The notes beneath the pieces are model-generated. The model was not told where the DNA came from. It did no database searches and saw nothing but the letters and a program-made list of their open reading frames with translations. A stretch of DNA of 62,165 nucleotides, the filler included, from Gonapodya sp. JEL0774 (lineage: Eukaryota): assembly GCA_027604505.1 (NCBI GenBank). It is 2 parts of 2 records of this genome, joined end to end, with 100 filler letters (N's around TTAATTAATTAA, not from the genome) between each part and the next. Parts side by side here need not be neighbours in the genome. Positions count along the whole stretch, not along the records: positions 1 to 31,298 come from JADIIX010000202.1; 1 more part is not named here. One strand, written 5' to 3'. Shown here in pieces: positions 1 to 9,990 of this stretch. The translations under genes were made by a program, and so were the position numbers. How positions within the stretch are numbered: position 1 is the first letter of the stretch; the number at the start of each line of letters is the position of its first letter.

Positions 1-553
1 AGAACGGACACAGAGCTAGCCCCAGCCCCACTCACTCTGGTACAAGGGATGACTGGGATGGAGGACCTAACCAACCCCCCCCCCCCGCGGGGCCGCGCGC
101 CCCCCCCCGGGGGCGGCGGGCCGCCCCGCGCGGGGGGGCGACCCGGCGCCCGGGGGGGGGAGTTGGGGAGAAGGCAGACTGCGCATGTGAGTCACTCGAG
201 TGTCTCCCATCTGCATCCCTTGCATCCCTGCATCCCTGCGTCTCTCTCCCTCTCTCCGCCCCCTCCAACGCTCGTCCCCACATCCCCCATTTCCCCCTGC
301 CCTGCCCGCCGCCCCCTGTCTCCCACTGTGTCCCCCTCCCCTCAACCGACCTGTCCCTGTGCTGTCGCTTGCTTTTTCCTGCCTGCTTTTTTCCCTTGTG
401 CTGCGTCCGCGTGCGCTGTCTCGGTCCAACCTGAGCCGGTGAGGGGAAGTCTCACAAACTGCACTGGCACACTTCCCTCCCCTGCTGTGGTCGCGGTGCA
501 CACTCCATCTCTCCCCTCCCCTCTCACCCTCCCTATATGTACCACATGTGTTC

Positions 554-3088
554 ATGACTCCACATCGCACTCTTCCCATCACCTCTTCCCAAAAAACACA
601 CCGCTTATTCTCTTTCTTCCCTCTCTGTTTTACTCTCCTCCTCCTCCCTTTTTTCCTCTCTCTTGGTGAGCATCCTGGTATCCGCCGGGTGGTTGGTTGG
701 GTGGGAAGTGGCCATACAGACGAAAAGGGAAGGCGATTGCTGGTTTTCTCCGGGAAGAGTCGGACATGGCCATCAACACATTTGGCAATCGTGGTCGGGG
801 GTGGGCGGTGGGGACTGCTGGTTTCCTCGGGGAAGAGTCGGACCTGTGACAACACACACCGTTGAACAATCGCGGTCTTCCCCCCCCCCATTGACCCTCA
901 CGTCCCCTCCCCCCCCTTCTCCTGTCCCCTCTCCCCAGCACATTCCCAACCCCAACCTCCGTCCCCCCCTGCCCCCCGTCCCACCGTCCGCATCCTCCTC
1001 ATCACCAAATGCGCTGACTATTGCCACAACGAGTCCATTGGTGCGTGTCCAGTTCCTTCCCTTGACCTCACGGGGGGGGGCGACAGAAAACGAAACGTCC
1101 CTTGTAAGGAGTTCAGGTGGTTGGTTTCACGGAAAAGGGAAGCAAGGGGAGCGGCACGAACACGTCCCTGGCTCCGCGGGGCCGTGGGGCCGTGGGGCCG
1201 TGGGGCCGTGGTGCCGTGGTGTCGGTTCACAGCGTCGTCGTAAAGCCGCCCAGTGCGGTCGGTCCGCTCTCGCGGGAGTCCCGGCTCTGGCCTGGATGTG
1301 GTGCCGCAGCGTCGTCGTAAGCGGCCCAGTGCGGTCGGCCCGCTTTCGCGGGAGTCCCGGCTCTGGCCTGGATGTGGTGCCGTAGTGTACAGTCGCCTCT
1401 CCACACCATCATCCCACACCACCGCTCGACTCACCAGTCGCCCCCCCCCTCTGACCCCCGACTCCGACCTCGACCCATCCCAACCCCACCCAACCCCTTC
1501 TCCAGCCCGCATCCACCCCTTCTTCTCCCAACTCGCCCTCGACTCCCAATCCCCAACTCCCTCGCCCACCTCCCCGTACGCCATCGCCCTGGCCCAGTCC
1601 CAGTCCCAGTCCCAGTCCTCCCCCGCTTCCTCGGCCCCCGCCCCCCCAATCCTCTCCCTCGTCTCCTCACCCAACTCCACCGCCATCCTCGCCGACGGTC
1701 CCGCACTCGTGGCCTCCTTTGACCTCATCGTGTTCGCGTACAATACCGGTGGGGGCCCCGGGCAAAAGGAGTTCTTGACCCAGGCGGAGCGCCAAGGGGT
1801 GCTGGTGTTCCTGAACGCGTCGCTCCCGCTCCTCCCGTCCACCTCGAATTCGAACTCCACCTCCACCTCCACCACCCCCGCGCGCAAGAAGGCCATCCTC
1901 GGCATCCACTCCACCACAGACGCGGAATCCTCCTGGCCCGTCTGGGCAGATGTGTTTGGAGCCAAGTTTGTCCGGCACGCGGACATCCAGGGGGGGGTCG
2001 TGAACGTGTTGGCGGGTGCCGGTACAGGGCGAGGGCAGGGACAGGCCCAGCTCCATCCGGCGCTCGCGGGGCTGGTCGCGGTGTTGGGGAACGGGACGGA
2101 CACCGGCGCGGGAAACGGGACGGAAGGGGTGCGGTGGAGGTGGAGGTGGACCGACGGTGAGTGGGGTGTGGGCAGTGGGTTGTGGGGGGTGCGTCACACA
2201 CAACCCGGGGTGGGTGGGTGAGCAGGAACAGGGGACCCTGAGCGCGCGTCGTGGTGCGCGACCCATGCAACCACGAAGGGTGAGAGCGTGTTCGAGCTCG
2301 AACGGCGATGGCAGGGTCCACCTAAAGGGCCGCGGTCCACTCTCCCACCACTATCCGCGCTTCACCACACCCTACCTCCCTTCCAACCCCCCCCCTCCCT
2401 CCACCCACCCAAGAATGGTACGACTTCCTCACCGACCCCGCCGCTCCCCCCTCGGAGTATTCCCCGCTGACTGGTCTCCGCGTCCGCTCCGACACCCGCG
2501 TCCTCATCACGGCAGATACGACGTCGTATTCGGGGGCGCAGACAGGGAACAGTACGTGGTTTGGAGGGGGGGGAAGGGGGGGGGGGTGCAAACGCCACGG
2601 ATTTTTATGACACCCCTACCCCCCCTCCCCCAACCTCCCCAACCCCTCGCTCAGACCACTCCCTGTCCTGGACCCACCTGCACTACCCCACCACCACCCG
2701 CGTGTTCTACACCTCGCTGGGCCACCTGCCCGAATCCTACGACGACCCCGTGTTCGCGGCCCATGTAGCGGGCGGGGTGTTGTTTTGTGCCGACGAGGTG
2801 ATGGCGGGCGGGAGTGCGGGGAGTGCTGGGTCGTCCGCGACGGGGACGGGGACGGTCACGGTGGGTGGAGCGGCGACAGCGACGGCGCAGACCGGGACAG
2901 GGACGGGGACGGGGACTGTCACGGGTACGGTGGGTGGGCCGGGTGTGGCGACGGCGACGGGGACAGGGACGGCGGGTGCGAAGCCTGGGCGGGCGGGACG
3001 GGGACGGGGACGGGGAGGTTACGGTGGGATGGCGGGGCTGGGTATGGCGGTTGCGATGGCGGTTACGGGTACGAGGATGATGGGATGA
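554..3088 (+). CDS. Secreted ThuA-like (class I glutamine amidotransferase-like fold) protein, probably GPI- or membrane-anchored; 5 exons
   Basis: Frame-consistent GT-AG exons 554-665, 939-1040, 1506-2156, 2414-2551, 2655-3088. Signal peptide (LFSFFPLCFTLLLLPFFLSLA). ThuA-like motifs RILLITKCADYCHNESI, FDLIVFAYNTG, ILGIHSTTDAESSWPVWADVFGAKFVRH, WTDEWYDF and HSLSWTH...RVFYTSLGHLPESYDDPVFAAHVAGGVLF. G/T-rich stalk and hydrophobic C-terminus. Confidence 0.82.
1230..1382. repeat. Tandem duplication of a ~77-bp unit inside ThuA-like intron 2, preceded by a GGGGCCGT-like short tandem repeat (~1178-1220)
   Basis: CAGCGTCGTCGTAA..GCCCAGTGCGGTCGG..CGCGGGAGTCCCGGCTCTGGCCTGGATGTGGTGCCG starts at 1230 and again at 1307. 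Confidence 0.85.
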
Positions 3089-5099
3089 TGGGCGTGGGAT
3101 GTGACTGACCCTGCTATGAGGCGTCGTGGGGATGCCGGGTGGTGACAGTGAAAGGGGCGCCTGGCGGTAAACGACGAATCGCGGGGGCACCTGTGGCATG
3201 TGCCCGTTGAGTTGCAATGCGAATGTGCTTATCGCGGCAAATATTCCGTCCTATGGGGCTTGCCATGCTCCCTGGAACGTAGAGCGGGGATATGTGCTGC
3301 CGGTAGACGGTCTTAGAATTTTTTGACTCGGTGTCTGTGAGTATTTCGGGTCGCTACAGAGTGAACTCGACCCCATCTGTGTCATTTATTTATTTTATTT
3401 ATGGATGGTGTCATTTACGAACGCATTGTGATTTGAGACATGGAATCATGCTGGGTGGGGCGCGCCAGTGCAGTTCAGTGTTTGTCTTCATCAGTGTTCA
3501 CCAACGCACTGCACCGGCGTTGTCACGAGTGATCGCCACCCACGTTTCGTGCAACACATATACATATCTTTCGCAAATAATTGCTAGACACAAGCGAAAG
3601 CTGTAACTGGTAAGCATGTGCGTGAAAGTTACATCATTGACATTTGCGACTTTCTCTCATGCCAACAATACTGTCCATTACATAACTATCACCGGATAAA
3701 AGTACTTCAAAAAAATATCGTCCAGGAAGTTGTTCGGCTACTCTTGGCTTGTACTTCAATGACAGTATCAAACATCACCCCCGTCAGAGTCTGACGAACG
3801 GAGTCCCTCTCAAGTCATGGTCCGACACCGTTTAGGCCGGTTACTACTCCAGCATGCGCGCAGAAGTTCCTTTCTGTGATTGGATACCTTTCGGCTCTTT
3901 CTTGCATGCAAAGTCCAGATTCTCGACAACAAATGTGAAGGGCTCACTTGGTGTATCAGAATCCTTTTTGTGTGCACGTCCTCCTCTTTGTTTCCAAACC
4001 CATTCCACTCATCCCATCCCATCGAAGGTCTTTCCATACTCACACTCCGCGCAATCACGCATGCCAGATTGCGTCCAGACTGCTTGTTGTGGCTGCATTC
4101 CCTTCTTCTTTTCGTGTCATGAAGAGTCTCAAAGATGGTTTGCTCTCACCCCTCTGACTCGAGCGAGTCTGTGCTTCTTTTGATTCCTCTGCTCCTATCT
4201 GATTCACCGCCCATCAATTGGCGTGTATTTCGTGGATGATGCCTACGTTGGCCCGACGTTTCACCGTGTTGGCACCCAACTCACATTTTTGATTCGATTG
4301 AGCGATCGGATGATGATGGGCGTCGATGCACACATGAACCAGTGTAATTCACATATTCGTCTGGTCAGAACTTGAACGGATGGAGTTGTGCAATACCCTG
4401 ATTGACTCGCAGTTTGTTGGCTCACGCGTCAACACCGGTGTTGCCGACTGCACACTCGCTCGCCTCCCCAACTGCACGCGTTGAACCCAGTCCTCCTCTG
4501 CCTGAGACTCATGTTTCGAGAGGTTGACGAGCCGCGACACTTTCTTGCTCGGCTTGCCCCTTTCGGGGGACCAGTTTCGAGGAGAAATATGGACGTGTGC
4601 ATTCCGCGCCAGTGAGATCAATTCTTTCCCGGGTCGCATACTATTAAGCCGGGACCCGGTCCTCTCCTATGGGCAGGAGGTCCGACTAAGTAGGCGAACA
4701 TCACACTCTTCGGACTGGTTTGGAAGAAGGAGGGTGATAGAGATAATCTTGAATGCGTTTAGAAGACCTGTTTACCTGAGTCGCGATATAAACTTGTCAA
4801 GTACTAACTGTCACTGCCATAACTGTACATGACCTCGAATGAACATATTCTTACAATAAGCGAAGACACCAAAGTTCTTTTGAAACCGTTGTGCAGCTGG
4901 AGTCTGGAACCTTCAAGTGCAAATCTTGCTCAATGTACATTGAAATGTGAAATGTGCAGAAAAGAAAGAGCTACAGAAATGGAACATGCATATCAATTTT
5001 CTAGATTTTGATTGTGTGCAAAGTTGCAAGTGCCCGAGAGTGGGTTCACGAATTAGATTTGCTTCCTTTTTTCAAATGCACGCCGCACACCAAATCCCC

Positions 5100-8000
5100 T
5101 CACTCATCTCCATCGTCTTCTTGATCCTGCCCCTCCGAACCCATCTCATTTGAGTCCACATCAGCCGCCGTGGAGCCGCTGGTCCCCAACGATAAAGCTT
5201 GCGACGTCGAACTCGAATCGTGCCCACCCTTGCTCATAACCGGAAACTGCGTCGACCAGTACGCATGGCTTTGCACGCATTCCTTCACGATTGTGTTCAG
5301 TGTGACCTCTAGGTACGTGGCCGGCGGCATCGTGCCGCGACGGAGCATGTTGGTTAGATTGAACATGAGTCCATCCACATCGCAGGTGCCATGGATCTTC
5401 AACGCCTTTTCTCCCAGACAACGGTCAAAGAGTTCGTCCAGGACCTCCTTAGGCATCGAGCGGAAGTGTTCGGGCAGTTCGACGCTGCGGAAGACGTGCT
5501 CCGCAGATTCCCGAAGGGCCAACACACAGGATTCGAGGGAAGGTACCGGTGCAGATGAGCTTGATCGGTGAGTGAGCACGTTTTGAAGGTATTTGATATC
5601 TTTCTCAAGTTCTTTGACCGTATTCGCCGCTTCCTCGCGAACGTGCGTCGGTGCATCCACAAGTCGGCCCACAACGGCGAGTAAGTCGGTATTGGTCGTC
5701 TTTTGCTTCCTGTGTTTTGGCTTGACTGACGGAGATAGTCTCTCCCGAAGATGGCTACTGGTCACGTAACACGCAAGCTCAAACAATCTCTCGTAGGCTG
5801 CCGATCTTGCTGGAGCCGAGCAAGAAGATGTCGAAGTAGAAGTTCGGAACATTGGAGAGTATGGCCCCAAATGGATGTTTAAGGTAGAACCTACTGGACG
5901 CCAACGTGAAGCACGAAAAATTCAGAAGAAAATTCAGCAAAAAAACGCGACGAGTTCCCCTCACGAGCCTGCCACCACTCACTCCACTTTGACCTGATCA
6001 CCTCTGGAACATTTGCCCTCACACCAGCCTCATTCACAACGTCTCTTATGAAGGGATCAACCACGCACTCCGCGATTCTCAGAGACTTTCCGTCCAAGAT
6101 TCTGGTGCACACTTTGCTCCAGGTAGTTTGGATCTGCTCTGACAGACTTGAACCCTCCAGCGCGACAGAGGGTTCCCTGCCTGTTCCCTGACTTTCTCCT
6201 CCCTCAGGAATTCCTTGAGAATGAGATCTCGTCATGTGCTCCTTGACATACCAGGCGATTCCTTTCACGTCTGCATCCTGGGATTTCAGCGGGGGGAAAC
6301 GTAGATCCCATTTGACTTGCTCTAGGAGGTCAACAATTTTGGTCATGGGAGCCGCCTCGGGCTGGAGATTAATAACTTCAGTCAATGTAAAGAGATGAGG
6401 TGATACTGGCTCCGATTCTGTGGGCAATGTTGATTCGTCCCATGTTGCTCTCACGGCTGCCACAATGCGAAATTCCACCCTCTGCAACACCTGATTTGTC
6501 ATTTCCGTGTCGATCCGGTCCCAAACTGTAACTGGTACGAGAAACGAAGATTGGAGAACAGGGTCGCTCTCCACACGGCAGCGGCTGAAGAAAATTGATC
6601 TCGATTTGTCACGCCCTTCGTCCTCCACAGGAATATCAAGGATCTTCTCCACGAAATCTGCCATAATCGCAGGCACTTCTGTTTCTGACACGTCCTTGTC
6701 ATGTACCTCCACGAAATCTGGAGGGTGCACGTTTTCTTCTGTCTGCCATGCTTCCCGCACATCATCCTTCCAAGGTGTAGTCAGATCGTCCTTTTCAATC
6801 TTTTTGGCAACAAACGTTCGAATACTGTCTTTCAGCATCGTCTCAAGCTTCTCATCCATGTTCATTGCCGGCGTGGTACTATCACGAAGATTCGTAAGTT
6901 TCACAGATACGCGGAAACTCTCGCATCGCGGATGCTCTTACCGAGGCAAATAAATATCGTTTAGTATTGGATCTCGACGGCAATTAGCAAGGCTCGCACC
7001 CCGCACGAACTTCATGAAATCGATCAAATTGTGAGCAATTCGACAGTTTCTTTCAATTAGTGAGCGCGACTTTCTCACCTTATGCAAAATCAGCTTCTCC
7101 ACGGTCTCTTCAAGAGCCTTGCGTTCTTCCTTCTCTCCAGATATTTCGGAAGACAGGAAAGGATGTGCCAAGCCCCTGACCGCATTCTCCACTCCATCTG
7201 CTGTTAACAGCCCTCGTTTCACTCTCGACAGCTCAGTAATGAGCATGCCGAGCCTGTCACAGGCCATTCTGACCTTCTTGGCAACAGCTCCAATGCTCCA
7301 ATCTCGTATGCAGGCTGCACATCTGAGCGCATAGCTGTCATCTATGCTTTGCAGCTCATCTATAGAGTGCACTATATCCTCATGACCTTCCCCAATCCAG
7401 TTTCTCGCAGCCGCTTCATCGGGTGATGGTTTCGAAACTCGCGTTCCGGAGACAAAGGAACGTATTTCATGTTCTGCCGCCACGATCGGTACGTCAGAAG
7501 TTACACCGGCCTGCATTCCCTCCGATTCCACGGCGGCTGAGAGGAGGCGGAGTCGAAGTAAACCCGAGGCGAGTTCCACAATCGTAGCGGCTAAGAGGGT
7601 GGCCAGTGCTGTTGCAGATCTGCCACGTGCACTCCGAGTTTTCTTTTTCTTTCTAGCAGTATCCTGTGTGAAGGTTGCCGTGGTGGGACCGGCGGCGCTA
7701 GCATCCGGGATGACAATCGGTACGTCATCGAAGCGCACTTGGCCCTCCTCCGCCACTCCAGGATACTCCTCTCCTAAATCATGTGTGCTATCCTTCTTCT
7801 TGCCCCGTCGCACCACCGGTTTCTTTGTCTTCCTTTGCTGAAATTCTTTTTCCTCTTCACTTGATTCAGCACCTGTATCGTTTGTCTTTCCACCTCTGAT
7901 AGGATTGGTCACCTCGGACCCTGGAGCGATCACCTTTGAGTTCGTGAACAGTTCCAAGATGTGAGTACTTCCCTTTGCGATAAGGCGCCACTCCCTGTCC

Positions 8001-9556
8001 GTCATCTCCGACTCTGCATCGAAATTTGGAACCCCTTCGAAATCGCTGACGGCATTCGCGATTGCCTGTACCCTTTTGACGGCGGTGGAGCACATGTAAG
8101 AGCGAAGCTGGGATCGGCGGAGGTCGTCCTTTGCCCGTTTCAGAGCTTCGCGAGTTTCGCGAGCTTTGCTAGCTTGGTCACGGCGGATCTGAAACATGCC
8201 ACAGAAATGCATGTTTAGAAGACGGGTTGGTCGTTTGATCTATCTAATCTTCGCTAGACGAGACTAGGTGAATAGACCACTCACAGCGAGGCCCTCGTCA
8301 CCCCCCCACTTTCTTCGTGCAAGCTCCAAGACCGCAGAGAGATTATAGATGACAACTTTAAAGAAGCCGTTGTCGACGCTTTCACACTGCATGGGATGAG
8401 TTTACGGTGAGTCAGAATTGGCACAATGTATCTCCGGCTGCCTACCCCTCCACATGCGCAATGAAACGCACCTCGAGCTTCTTCAAATCCGCATCCGTCA
8501 ACAAATACTTCTCCTTGGCGGAAGTTTTGTTGATGCTCCCGAAGCCCGTGAGGAAAAAGCTCTCATCCATGTCCGAGTAGTCGTCAAATGCCCCCTCGTA
8601 TTCGTAAGAGTTGATGCCGTCCATTTCATCCAGCTCCATTTCCGCTATGCGAGACTGGATGCTTCGAAAACGGGCATTCCTCTCCAATTCGTACTTCTCC
8701 GCACGACAATCCCCTGATGAAGTCAGTTTTAAAGCACGAAGAAAGTGATTTTATGAGCACCTCGGACCGCCCAAAAAACACCAATGGCCAGCCACCATCT
8801 TACCACAAATTTTAACAGGAACATTCTCACGCTCGAACCGAAGCAAGTCGTTCGCCTGCGTGCGTTTGAAGCACCATTGGCAGAGGCGGTTTCTAATGAA
8901 AAGTAAGATTAGATCGATTGTCCGCAACACGAGGAACATGGTATAATTGGCATCAAATGTGCTTACCCTTCTCTTCCTACAACGGAGAGCCAGGTGCGAA
9001 ATTTCGTGGCCCGTGGGTTCGGAGGCGGAAGCTTCATTTTCTTGCCAATATCCCTCCAAAGGGGCAAGCCACCAATGAGAAAGTGCATACGACGGTTCAA
9101 CTGTGTCAGGCGTACGGCCATGATCGGAGTTTTAACTATATAACTACATATTTCGTCAAAGGAACACTCGATCATCTTTATGATAGCCCATTGATTCAAA
9201 GAGACCACTCACTCCACGATCGATGCAAGAACTTCGACAGGCATGTTATCAATGTTGGTGGCAGGGGAATCTTGGGCGAGCTCCGAAATAGATTCCTCGG
9301 TATCATGACAGTTCGTTATATCATCAATAACGTCTTCTTCCACGGGCCGAACCTCAGACGCCTCATCCCGTTTCTGCTTTTTGCTCCGACTTGACTTCAC
9401 GGATTTTGACTTGGCAGGCTTGTTCGTGGAGTCCTGCTGAGAAGCTTCGAGAACAACTGTAGAGGCATCTGGGAGGACACCCTCTAAATCAGTGTCCGCA
9501 TTACGTCTGATAGCAGCACTAGTAGCGCGAGAAACTTTGCGTGAGTTTGGAGGCAT
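5100..9556 (-). CDS. F-box protein with C4 zinc finger, XPA/Rad14 C-terminal-like domain and long unknown C-terminus (~1295 aa, 8 exons)
   Basis: Exons 9556-9213, 9143-8967, 8892-8804, 8713-8472, 8386-8285, 8188-6942, 6878-5983, 5890-5100 total 3888 nt and stay in frame. F-box-like IDNMPVEVLASIVDYIVKTPIMAVRLTQLNRRMHFLIGGLPLWRDI. Zinc finger CQWC-x21-CGDC. XPA-like INKTSAKEKYLLTDADLKKLE...IYNLSAVLELARRKWGGDEGL. The 3' end could continue through another intron. Confidence 0.72.
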
Positions 9557-9990
9557 GGTCTTTATTGAATCAGTTAGGATTCATTCCACAAGACTGGGCG
9601 GTGGTCATGAAAGGCCAGTGTGTATGAATTAATTTGTATGGCGGTTAACAATAAACTCACCAACATGAAACTGGGGCATCGAAGAGTGCCCGAGACATGT
9701 TGGCGATGCCTATGCAGAGGTTGATCCGGGACACAAGGAGGGTTAAAGCCATGTTGCCCCGTTCCTTAGTGATAGTACACTTGAGCTTTATATTTCCTAC
9801 ATTGCCATAGAAATGGAGCTTACAGTAAATTATAAATTACTTCTGGAGTCACCCCTTCGATTGCGTGGGCGGACATGTTCATCCGACTCCAGGTTCAGCC
9901 GAAGTCGGAGGATCCTGAGCGTCAACATAAAAAATGGTTTCCTGCATTCCCCGTTTGTCTTGAAACTCTGGGCCTTATCCACACTCGAAG
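9557..9990. promoter_or_regulatory. Probable divergent promoter region between the F-box gene and the glucosyltransferase gene
   Basis: About 430 bp of relatively AT-rich spacer between head-to-head start codons; positional inference only. Confidence 0.35.

Noticed and set aside
74..162. Almost pure G/C stretch resembling a G-quadruplex or hairpin element
   Set aside because: It lies between poly-C and poly-G runs and looks like low-quality base calling after a homopolymer; similar sequence flanks the gap at 57315-57365.
1180..1385. Repeats that could be mistaken for a CRISPR array
   Set aside because: Head-to-tail duplications without unique spacers, inside a eukaryotic intron, with no cas genes.
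1018..2103. 361-aa minus-strand ORF and many other long overlapping ORFs in GC-rich zones
   Set aside because: Antisense or alternative-frame shadows of real GC-rich exons; low complexity and no motifs.
3300..5050. Short ORFs and splice-like signals downstream of the F-box gene
   Set aside because: No frame-consistent model or recognisable domain; at most a decayed gene.
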